This document shows, piece by piece, positions 52,906 through 60,106 of a stretch of DNA of 64,000 nucleotides. The number at the start of each line of letters is the position of its first letter. The stretch's first letter is position 1. The stretch is from contig JAFVTH010000011.1 in the NCBI GenBank assembly GCA_017503285.1, positions 37,556 through 101,555 on the forward strand. The letters run 5' to 3'. The notes under the pieces are model-generated. The model worked only from the letters and a program-made list of their open reading frames with translations, was not told where the DNA came from and ran no database searches. The DNA is from Clostridia bacterium (GTDB lineage: Bacteria > Bacillota > Clostridia > Oscillospirales > CAG-272). A program made the position numbers and the translations under genes.

Positions 52906-53697
52906 TTATTTCTTTCTTTCCCAGTATAGCACTCCGTCGTCAAAATCCATGCAGGAAAGCATTTTTGCGTTCTTTTGTGGGCTACTAAGGTCAAGCTTGT
53001 ATTCCTTTTCGTTATAGCTACAGTAGCTGACCCAGCCCAAGGGCTTTTCAAAGGTAACGGATTTTAGATTTGCGCAGCCACGAAAGGCAAGGGACTCTAT
53101 CCTTGTTATGTTTTTCGGTATAACAATATCTATAAGTCCGTCGCAATTTTCAAATGCATCCTCCTCAATGGTTGTGGCATTTTCTTTTAATGGTAAGTGG
53201 GTAAGACTGTTACAGCCACTAAATGATCCTTGGCTAATTGTGGAGCAGGGGGTAATTTCCTTTAAGGAAACACAGTCAGAAAAAACGCAGGAATAAAGAA
53301 ACGGGTCCCCATGCATAACCACCTTAGAAAGGGCGGTACAGCCATTAAAGGCGCTCCAGCCGATAGATGAAAAGCATTCTGGAACAGTTATTTCAGTAAG
53401 AGATGTACAGCCCCAAAAGGCATAGTCCTCAATCCTTGGCAGCTCCTCTTCCAAATCAGCAAACGCTTTTTGTATAATATACTCCTCATCGCTTGCAAAT
53501 CTGCTGCTATAATCAGGGAGCGTAACAGATTTTAGCGCCTTGCAGTCCTTAAATGCGCTTTCTCCAATGGATTTTACAAAAATGCCGTCAATAGAGCTAG
53601 GGATAACAACCACCTCAGCATCCTTTTCACAATCAATAACATTATAAGCCCCGTCAACAAGTGAAAGCGTCAGCTTGCCATATTTTATCTCATCCAT
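52906..53697 (-). CDS. BspA-type leucine-rich-repeat protein without signal peptide
   Basis: 263 aa. Repeats such as SIGESAFKDCKALKSVTLP, AFWGCTSLTEITVP and LAFRGCANLKSVTF. The N-terminus MDEIKYGKLTL is not hydrophobic. Confidence 0.7.
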   Translation of the reverse strand: MDEIKYGKLTLSLVDGAYNVIDCEKDAEVVVIPSSIDGIFVKSIGESAFKDCKALKSVTLPDYSSRFASDEEYIIQKAFADLEEELPRIEDYAFWGCTSLTEITVPECFSSIGWSAFNGCTALSKVVMHGDPFLYSCVFSDCVSLKEITPCSTISQGSFSGCNSLTHLPLKENATTIEEDAFENCDGLIDIVIPKNITRIESLAFRGCANLKSVTFEKPLGWVSYCSYNEKEYKLDLSSPQKNAKMLSCMDFDDGVLYWERKK

Positions 53698-53845
53698 AAA
53701 AGCACCCCCTTTAGTATCTGATTATATATTACAATAAAAACCACCGACTTGTCAACAAAGCGACATAAATAAAAACTTGCTTTTAGCAGCCTTAGGTGGT
53801 ATAATTAAGGTAGCAACGTACAAGGTAAACTAAAGGAGAAAAGGT

Positions 53846-55012
53846 ATGAAAAGACTTATTTTATTCTTTCTTATAACACTACTGACACTCATATTCATAT
53901 TTACATTTGCAGGCTGTGATATGCTTTTGGGCGACCTTGGCGGTACAGGTGGCGGTGGCAACAATGATGACGACCCACCGCAAATTGATAACGAAACCGA
54001 TTTGGACGTGTTTGTGCCACAGCCGGAGGACGGCGGATATGTAGAGGGCGAAACCTATTACAAATCCAACTCCGTCAGCCTTGTTACCGAGGTTAATGGC
54101 AATTACTCAATTGACAGACCCTTTACCTTAGATAAGGATGATGAAAGCAAAAGGATTTACCACAACCTTTACCTGTATGAGGGCGACTTTTTCCAGGTTA
54201 TTTACTATAAGGAGGGTGACCTCTTGGGGCAAATCTTTGCCTCACTCAGCGACGAGGGAGATAGCCAATATGCCGCTGTTGAGTATGACGATGGTGGCAA
54301 CCCCTTGCAGCTAAATATCATAGAGCAGGGTGTATACGACTTGATTTTGGATGTCGAAACCATGGCAATTGATATGGTTAAGGTGTCCGATATTGATACA
54401 CCTGTGTACGAAACCATAACAAGCTGTGAAATCTATGTTCATATGGGCTTGTCTAATTATACATACACAGAAATGGCGTTTAATGAGGAAACAAACGAGT
54501 TTTATATAGAAAAGGAAATTCCAAGAGATGCCGTGGTTGGCTTTTTCAGCGCCTCCCATGCCAGTCGCTACAATATCACAGTAGAGGACGAGGCTATGGA
54601 CAAGGTCCTATATTGGAATGACCAATCTCCCAATGGCTATCATGCAAGCGTCGGTGGACTTTATAAGATTTACCTAAACGCAAAAACCTATCAGGTTAGG
54701 GTAGAGCTATTAAATCCGGACACAGCAGAGTACTATTGTCAGGTTGGCTTTTTGGAAAACAATGAGCTAAGCCCTGTAAGTGCAAGCACCCCATACTTGT
54801 TTGAATACACCTTTGTTGCCGTGGCAGAGCGCAATGATCCATATGTTAGCCTGCCAAGGCTGTACCCTGAGCTTGGTATGAAATATAAGCTATCTATCAT
54901 AGACGAGCAAGATGTTACCGCCCTTGATGAGTATGTTGATGGCTCCGGCACGTATAAGCTTACAATAAACCTTAAGGATTTTACCCTTACTGTTGAAAAA
55001 ATCTCAGACTAA
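53846..55012 (+). CDS. Lipoprotein of unknown function
   Basis: RBS AAAGGAGAA. Lipobox FAGC followed by a G/N/D-rich linker. 388 aa. Confidence 0.55.
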   Translation: MKRLILFFLITLLTLIFIFTFAGCDMLLGDLGGTGGGGNNDDDPPQIDNETDLDVFVPQPEDGGYVEGETYYKSNSVSLVTEVNGNYSIDRPFTLDKDDESKRIYHNLYLYEGDFFQVIYYKEGDLLGQIFASLSDEGDSQYAAVEYDDGGNPLQLNIIEQGVYDLILDVETMAIDMVKVSDIDTPVYETITSCEIYVHMGLSNYTYTEMAFNEETNEFYIEKEIPRDAVVGFFSASHASRYNITVEDEAMDKVLYWNDQSPNGYHASVGGLYKIYLNAKTYQVRVELLNPDTAEYYCQVGFLENNELSPVSASTPYLFEYTFVAVAERNDPYVSLPRLYPELGMKYKLSIIDEQDVTALDEYVDGSGTYKLTINLKDFTLTVEKISD

Positions 55013-55013
55013 T

Positions 55014-55043
55014 AAAAAAGCCGACCAAACGGTCGGCTTTTTG
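55014..55043. terminator. Bidirectional terminator (GCCGAC...GTCGGC family)
   Basis: The sequence aaaaaagccgaccaaacggtcggcttttt. Confidence 0.8.
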
Positions 55044-55051
55044 TTTGTCAA

Positions 55052-55717
55052 TTAAAAGAATACACCCTTAGCTCTTGCCTTCATTTCCTGAGAAGCGATA
55101 AATGGAATCCTTGTGGTGTAGCCGTTTTTAGCAGCTACGATTTTCTTGGTTGGCCAAGCAAAAATATCACGGTTCCACTGGTCGATTGTGTCGTTGTAAA
55201 GCTCTCTTGCAGCAGTGATTTCTCTTTGTAGGTACATATTTTGCTGCATAGCATCAGCAATCTCTCTGTGGGCTTGCAAATCAGGATAGTTTTCCATAGC
55301 TATGTTGATATCTCTGGAAATAGTGTCAACCTGTGCGCCAATTTCATTTCTTGCCACGTCAGAGTCGCCGCTGCCGGATCTATACCTTGCAATGTTTTCA
55401 AAGGTGGACTTGTCAAGGTCAATAGCCTTGTCAAGAAGACGCGCGCAGTTTTGGAGAACAACTACACGTTGCTCAAGATAATTGTCAATTTGAGAAGCAT
55501 TTCTTTGGATTTTTTGCTGTAGCTGATCAAAATGCTTTTTTGCGTTTATCTTCATAAATAGGAAAATAACGCCTGGAATAATACCGCAAATCCACAACAA
55601 AATTTCAAATAATGTAGAGCCAAAGCCTACAGTTGCAGGGATTTTTTTGGCGATAACATTTGTGTCAAGTCCTTCTTCTCTTATTTCGGGTTCAAGCTCG
55701 TCAAGTTCGTTTGCCAT
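55052..55717 (-). CDS. lemA: LemA-family membrane protein
   Basis: One N-terminal TM helix (LFEILLWICGIIPGVIFLF) followed by LemA-like helices (QRNASQIDNYLEQRVVVLQN...ARELYNDTIDQWN). Confidence 0.78.
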   Translation of the reverse strand: MANELDELEPEIREEGLDTNVIAKKIPATVGFGSTLFEILLWICGIIPGVIFLFMKINAKKHFDQLQQKIQRNASQIDNYLEQRVVVLQNCARLLDKAIDLDKSTFENIARYRSGSGDSDVARNEIGAQVDTISRDINIAMENYPDLQAHREIADAMQQNMYLQREITAARELYNDTIDQWNRDIFAWPTKKIVAAKNGYTTRIPFIASQEMKARAKGVFF

Positions 55718-55739
55718 TTTTATTTTCTCCTTTTATGTA

Positions 55740-57356
55740 TTATCGATATATGCACAAATTCTTTCGCGCGGCAATAACGCCACTGCTGCGGCTTTCGTCA
55801 TATGGCCCTACGAAAAAATCATTGTGTGCTTCAAGCGGAATATACTCATCCCAAGGTACACCAACACTATGAAAGCGCCCGTCGCCACCATAAACAGATA
55901 TGTAGTCAATGCGTGGAATGATATCATATGAAAATGCAGAAATACGCACCGTGTCCGTCTCTCCGTTTGCCTCAACAAAGCTTGACTTAAGTATAGCCTG
56001 CGTCTTTGTGTCGGGATGCACCACATATCTTGCATCTATGCAGTTTGCAAGCGCCTCACATTCCTTAGAGGAATATGTTTGCTTGTAGTCCGGAATAGGC
56101 ATAAGTGAATGGACAGGCCTTTCTTGATAAACAGGAATTGCCAAAATTGGTGCCAGGTCAAAATATACAGCCTTAAAGTATTCCTTGTTGCCCTCAATAA
56201 AGCTGCTTCTAATGGTGTCATAGGAGTAGGACATATAGCTCTGTGGCAAAAGGTTAATAGGTCTGCCTTGGCTGTGCTGTGTAATAATTCGGTTGGTTTT
56301 GTTTTCCTTGATAAAGGTAAAGTCATCGCCATAGCCCGTCTGGGAGCGAATTAAATCAACCATATTAGTTTGGGCAAGAGGCGTAAACAAAAGCCTAAAT
56401 TGCACCTCGTTGGTTCTGTCAAGTGCATAAAAAAGCACCTCAAAGTCAGAGTTTGACATGGTGGTAAAGTTAGAGTTTTGCTCAACAGCCTCGTCGTTAA
56501 GACGCTGCAGCTTTTTCTCCCCGCGCTTTATATACCTTTCAATCTCCTTGTCGCTCTTTCTGTCAAGATTAGTGGCATCTCTGGTAAAGCGCAAATCATC
56601 TCCGCCGAGAGAGCAGTAGTCAAGCACAACCTGCGTGTGGTAAAAGGGCTTGGGCTTAGTTACAGATGCATGCAGGGTCTGTGACCTTGTAACGGTATAT
56701 CGCTTGCCGTCACGACCACGGACGCTTTCTGTCCAGAAAATAGTCTTGTAGCCGTGATAGGTTTCTGTGCCCATTTTATGTATAAATTTGTTTTCAAACA
56801 AAAAGGGATTTCCGTTATACCTGCCTGCCAAAACATCAATTGCAGATTGTGCGCTGTCGTTGTAGTCCAAAAAGTCGTAATTCTTTATCATATCGACCTC
56901 TTGCTCCACAGAAAAATAAGGGGCAAAGTCAATAAGAGGAATAGTGGACTCAATTATATTTATGCAGTCCCTGTCTGTAAACAGCTCGTTTAGCGGTTGC
57001 ATTTGCGCGCCGGCAAGATTGAGCAGCTGTTGCCTTGTTGCCTCAAAGGATTCAATCTCTCCCTGTAGCTTTTTTATCAAGGGGTTAACCTTCAAAATAG
57101 CAAGAGGGATAAGTATAAGCGTGATAAAGAGTATAACCCTTAAAAATTTCCATAGCCCCAGCTTTCTTTTTAGCTTCTTTAGGGTGTCACCAAGTGCTAC
57201 ATATTCATTAACCGTTTTTCGGTTAGCCTCAATATCAACGCCGGACCTTGTAACAAGCTCATCGAAAAAGCTGGTGGTGTTTTGCAAATGCAGGGCGCAA
57301 AACTTGTTTTCATATTCCTCTAAAGGATTGTAAATCATATTGTCCAAAAGTCTCAC
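55740..57356 (-). CDS. 538-aa hypothetical protein with one TM helix, co-transcribed upstream of lemA
   Basis: Long intact ORF with TM helix LWKFLRVILFITLILIPLAIL near residue 70. A 22-nt gap separates it from lemA. The exact start is uncertain (GTG at 57356 or TTG/ATG a few codons in). Confidence 0.6.
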   Translation of the reverse strand: MRLLDNMIYNPLEEYENKFCALHLQNTTSFFDELVTRSGVDIEANRKTVNEYVALGDTLKKLKRKLGLWKFLRVILFITLILIPLAILKVNPLIKKLQGEIESFEATRQQLLNLAGAQMQPLNELFTDRDCINIIESTIPLIDFAPYFSVEQEVDMIKNYDFLDYNDSAQSAIDVLAGRYNGNPFLFENKFIHKMGTETYHGYKTIFWTESVRGRDGKRYTVTRSQTLHASVTKPKPFYHTQVVLDYCSLGGDDLRFTRDATNLDRKSDKEIERYIKRGEKKLQRLNDEAVEQNSNFTTMSNSDFEVLFYALDRTNEVQFRLLFTPLAQTNMVDLIRSQTGYGDDFTFIKENKTNRIITQHSQGRPINLLPQSYMSYSYDTIRSSFIEGNKEYFKAVYFDLAPILAIPVYQERPVHSLMPIPDYKQTYSSKECEALANCIDARYVVHPDTKTQAILKSSFVEANGETDTVRISAFSYDIIPRIDYISVYGGDGRFHSVGVPWDEYIPLEAHNDFFVGPYDESRSSGVIAARKNLCIYR

Positions 57357-57708
57357 CCCCCTATAATATTAATATACTACATTTTTCCCAAAATGTAAAG
57401 AAAAACCGACAAAAACCCACAAAACACCCAAAACCCGGGCGACTTTTCGGACAATTAAAGGGCAAAACTCAAAAAGCATGGCGAAAAATAGAAAAATCCA
57501 AGCTAGAATTCTCGCCATAGGCGAGGCTTTTGCCAACGCCTTATCCGTGAAGCAGACAACGCCTTATGGGCAAAAGAGCGCTACCCAAGGTAGCCCTGTT
57601 GTCGTTAGCCAATTAAACAGCGCAATAGTAGTATTGCTCGTTTTCTTGGACGACTGCCACTCCTTGTTTCTCGCTTTATCTCTCCCTAAGAGCGCTCAAA
57701 ACCATCCC

Positions 57709-57765
57709 CCAATCCAAAATCGCCGAGCAATTTTGGAGCTGGTTCAAAGACAGACCCCCCAGCCA
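57709..57765 (+). repeat. Copy A of a direct repeat (38-nt perfect core) ending in a mimic of the tRNA 3' end
   Basis: The core cccaatccaaaatcgccgagcaattttggagctggttc is identical at 57709..57746 and 59418..59455. It continues aaagacagaccccccagcca; compare the tRNA-Gln 3' end ...ctgggttcgaatcctagatccccagcca. Confidence 0.85.
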
Positions 57766-57878
57766 CAAAAAAGGACTCAGTAGAACCGAGATGGTTCAAC
57801 TGAGTCCTTTATGTATAAAGGCTACGAAAAAGATATTTTTTGCGGTTTACAGTAAGGATTCGAACTCCCGTACTCAAT

Positions 57879-58157
57879 CACGGCATAGCCGTGGATATCA
57901 TCAATTCCGCAGGAATTGTATATCACCAACGGCTTGCCGTTGTATATCATCATTGCGAAAGAGGATGCAGCCTGCGGCTGATGATATACTCGCCTTGACG
58001 AGATATGCTCGTCAAGGCGGATGAGATGCACGCTAAAGCGTGATGAGATACAGCCCCAAAAGGGCTGATGATATGCACCACGCTTCGCGCGGTGATGATA
58101 TGCCAAGCCTGCGGCTTGGATAAAAAATTCGACAAGCCGAAACTTGTCGAATTTTTT
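57879..58157. repeat. Array of ~10 different short hairpins separated by a conserved 8-10-nt linker (TGATGATAT / ATATCATCA), ending in a bidirectional terminator
   Basis: Hairpins lie at 57879-93, 57903-17, 57928-41, 57968-80, 57991-58019, 58029-42, 58051-67, 58076-94, 58103-19 and 58128-51. Linkers are RTATATCAYC for the first three units and the reverse complement (G)ATGAKAT for the rest. Confidence 0.7.
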
Positions 58158-58383
58158 GGCAGCGGAACTAGGGTATTCGCCTGTGGCGAAGATACCCGCG
58201 ACCTTTGCCTGAAAAGCAAGCTTTTCGATCTTCGGTCGTAGCAAAACGCATTTTTTTATTGTAAATTTTGAAAAGTAAAAGGTTTTATGTTATAATACTC
58301 TCAAAAAATAATTTTCAAAAACTTTTCTTGTATTCTCGTTTTCTTTCGGTATAATGTGTTTACCACCCGAAAGGAGAACGAAA

Positions 58384-58599
58384 ATGCCAAATCTAAAACC
58401 ATACTATCAAGTAAAATTAACTTTGTTGCGATGTAAGCTGTCTTTTCTCAAAAATCCCCCGAAAAACGAGGACGATCAATACGCTTACGGTTTTATCCGA
58501 AAAGCGTATGAGATAAACGAGAAACAGATAGAAATGCTTGATTTTGATAAGAACAAAAAGCGGTTAGAGGATTATTTTATGTGGCTTGGTGAAAATTGA
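58384..58599 (+). CDS. 71-aa hypothetical protein (orphan)
   Basis: ATG at 58384 behind AAAGGAGAA. Two upstream TATAAT boxes. I recognise no motif. Confidence 0.4.
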   Translation: MPNLKPYYQVKLTLLRCKLSFLKNPPKNEDDQYAYGFIRKAYEINEKQIEMLDFDKNKKRLEDYFMWLGEN

Positions 58600-58658
58600 A
58601 TAATTAAAAAAAGGATTTGCAATTTTCCAATGCAAATTCTTTTTATTTTTAAAAACTA

Positions 58659-58687
58659 TTGACAACAGTGAAAATCAGTGATATAAT
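58659..58687 (+). promoter_or_regulatory. Consensus sigma-A promoter for the 124-aa ORF
   Basis: TTGACA (58659..58664), a 17-nt spacer, then TATAAT (58682..58687). AAGGAG RBS before the ATG at 58718. Confidence 0.7.
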
Positions 58688-58717
58688 AAAACAAAAAATA
58701 AAAAGGAGAATTTTTAT

Positions 58718-59092
58718 ATGGAATGGAACATAGTAAAAATAAGTCAAACAAGTGGAAATACAGTGCCTTTTGTCAGCATAGGAAGAGGACAGCTTGACTT
58801 CAACGCAGTAGCTTGCGATTTGGTGAACGATAACGGAAATTACAAATACGCACAATTATTAACAGCAAAAGACAAAGGAAAAACAGTTGTTGCTGTAAAA
58901 TTTTTGGAGAATTACGAAAATGACACCATAGTGATTAAAAGAAAAGTGCAAAACGGAAAAACTATTAAAGGAATGACTGTAGTAAATAAAGGTATAATTT
59001 CGGATTTGTTTGGAAAAAACGGTAAGAACGAAGGTATGGTTAGATATAGCGTCGAATTAATTGCGCCGGATATGCTTAAAATTCTTGAGTAA
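58718..59092 (+). CDS. 124-aa hypothetical protein (orphan) in an AT-rich islet
   Basis: Consensus promoter and RBS, intact ORF, and a hairpin terminator acgat-aaa-atcgt plus T-run about 90 nt downstream. Confidence 0.55.
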   Translation: MEWNIVKISQTSGNTVPFVSIGRGQLDFNAVACDLVNDNGNYKYAQLLTAKDKGKTVVAVKFLENYENDTIVIKRKVQNGKTIKGMTVVNKGIISDLFGKNGKNEGMVRYSVELIAPDMLKILE

Positions 59093-59324
59093 TGTGAATT
59101 TTGGCATCAAAAAGATACGTATGTATCAACTAATATAGTCATCTATTTCGGTCAGATGGAAAAATAAAAAAATACGATAAAATCGTTTTTATCATTGGAA
59201 AGCGGGTTGAAAAACAGTTAAATAGTCCTCAAAATCCTTGAAATATCTACGTTTTAGCCATGTCATCTAAAACGGTCGCCAACCACAAAAGAAAGAACCG
59301 ACCCTTGTGGTCGGTTCTTTCTTT

Positions 59325-59342
59325 TGGCTGGGGATCTAGGAT
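59325..59342 (-). repeat. 18-bp perfect duplicate of the tRNA-Gln 3' end (att-like), preceded by its own terminator hairpin
   Basis: tggctggggatctaggat at 59325..59342 is identical to 59521..59538. A hairpin gaaagaaccgacc-cttgt-ggtcggttctttc lies adjacent at 59291..59321. Confidence 0.85.
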
Positions 59343-59417
59343 GCATTGCCATTGGCAATGAGTTGCGACAAGCCTCTGGTGAGCAAGCTCCCCGATGACT
59401 TTTGTCGCACTTGCGCA

Positions 59418-59472
59418 CCCAATCCAAAATCGCCGAGCAATTTTGGAGCTGGTTCGAAAACAGATCCCCAAA
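59418..59472 (+). repeat. Copy B of the direct repeat ending in a mimic of the tRNA 3' end
   Basis: It shares the 38-nt perfect core with 57709..57746 and then continues gaaaacagatccccaaacca. Its agatcccc is the reverse complement of ggggatct at 59330..59337. Confidence 0.85.
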
Positions 59473-59520
59473 CCATAGATAAAACAAAAAAAGACACCGT
59501 TTGGTGTCTTTTTCGTTTTA

Positions 59521-59594
59521 TGGCTGGGGATCTAGGATTCGAACCCAGACATACAGAGTCAGAGTCTGCTGTGCTACCTTTACACAAATCCCCA
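59521..59594 (-). tRNA. tRNA-Gln (anticodon CUG), CCA encoded
   Basis: Hand-folded cloverleaf. Acceptor stem TGGGGAT/ATCCCCA, D stem GTGT/GCAC, anticodon stem GCAGA/TCTGT with loop CTCTGAC, T arm CTGGG-TTCGAAT-CCTAG, discriminator G plus CCA. 74 nt. Confidence 0.9.
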
Positions 59595-59716
59595 ATGCGT
59601 GAATTATTATAGCATAGTGAGTTTTGATTGTCAATGATTTTTTTGGAAAAATTTATACTTTTTCTTTACAACCAAGATATAAAGACTTATAATAAATAAA
59701 AAGAGGGGGGGAGAAT

Positions 59717-60094
59717 ATGGGATATTTAGTTTATATGACGCTTGTGTGCGTTTTGATACCCATAACTATGCTTGTTATTGGAATTATCTTTATAAAGAAG
59801 CCACCGAGAAGCATAAATAGTATTTATGGCTACAGAACAGATTATTCAATGAAAAATCAAGACACTTGGGATTTTGCCCATAAATATATAGGTAGAATTT
59901 GGGCTGTTTTGGGTCTTGTGCTTTTAGTCCTATTTACCGCTACCTCTATACTTGTATATATGTTTTTTTACGAGCGCTTTGATGATATCTGCGGGCTTCT
60001 TTGCCTGCTCGGTGTTGCGGGTCTTATTGTGCCTATAATCCCAACGGAGATAGCTCTAAAAAAGACCTTTGATAAAAATGGAAATAAAAAATAG
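59717..60094 (+). CDS. SdpI/YhfL-family small membrane protein
   Basis: Motif IYGYRTDYSMKNQDTWDFAHKY between TM helices. 125 aa. Confidence 0.7.
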   Translation: MGYLVYMTLVCVLIPITMLVIGIIFIKKPPRSINSIYGYRTDYSMKNQDTWDFAHKYIGRIWAVLGLVLLVLFTATSILVYMFFYERFDDICGLLCLLGVAGLIVPIIPTEIALKKTFDKNGNKK

Positions 60095-60106
60095 CGACAC
60101 GTGTCG

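Noticed and set aside
57478-57812. Possible tmRNA (ssrA): GGGG-like start, T-arm/ACCA-like end, and an ANDN-like codon run (gctaacgacaac on the minus strand)
   Set aside because: The pieces lie in the wrong order and on the wrong strands. The GGGGGGTCTG…TTTGAAC end and the ANDN run are on the minus strand, but no T-arm plus CCA follows downstream there. The putative tag frames do not end in the usual hydrophobic (A/V)AA followed by a stop. On the plus strand no 5' partner exists for the acceptor-like 3' end. The region is kept only as unassigned structured DNA.
57836-57875. tRNA-like T-arm (GGATTCGAACTCC) suggesting a tRNA gene on the minus strand
   Set aside because: When folded, the T-stem forms only one Watson-Crick pair plus wobbles. 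There is no acceptor stem, D arm or anticodon arm upstream. It is a degenerate fragment, not a gene.
57879-58157. CRISPR array
   Set aside because: The conserved unit is only 8-10 nt and the variable units are themselves palindromic hairpins of 13-29 nt. Unit orientation flips mid-array. No cas genes or leader are present. It does not fit CRISPR architecture.
57791-58244. Track ORFs 57791..58024 (+), 57822..58244 (-) and 57950..58219 (-)
   Set aside because: They run through the hairpin array and the terminator. Their peptides are periodic translations of the repeat (…YHQ…ISS…DDI…). They have no RBS, so I treat them as artefacts.
59247-59612. Track ORFs 59247..59471, 59263..59487, 59336..59587 (-) and 59346..59612 (+)
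   Set aside because: They read across terminator hairpins, the att-like repeat and the tRNA-Gln gene itself (…GDLGFEPRHTESESAVLPLHK is the tRNA antisense translation). They are not coding.
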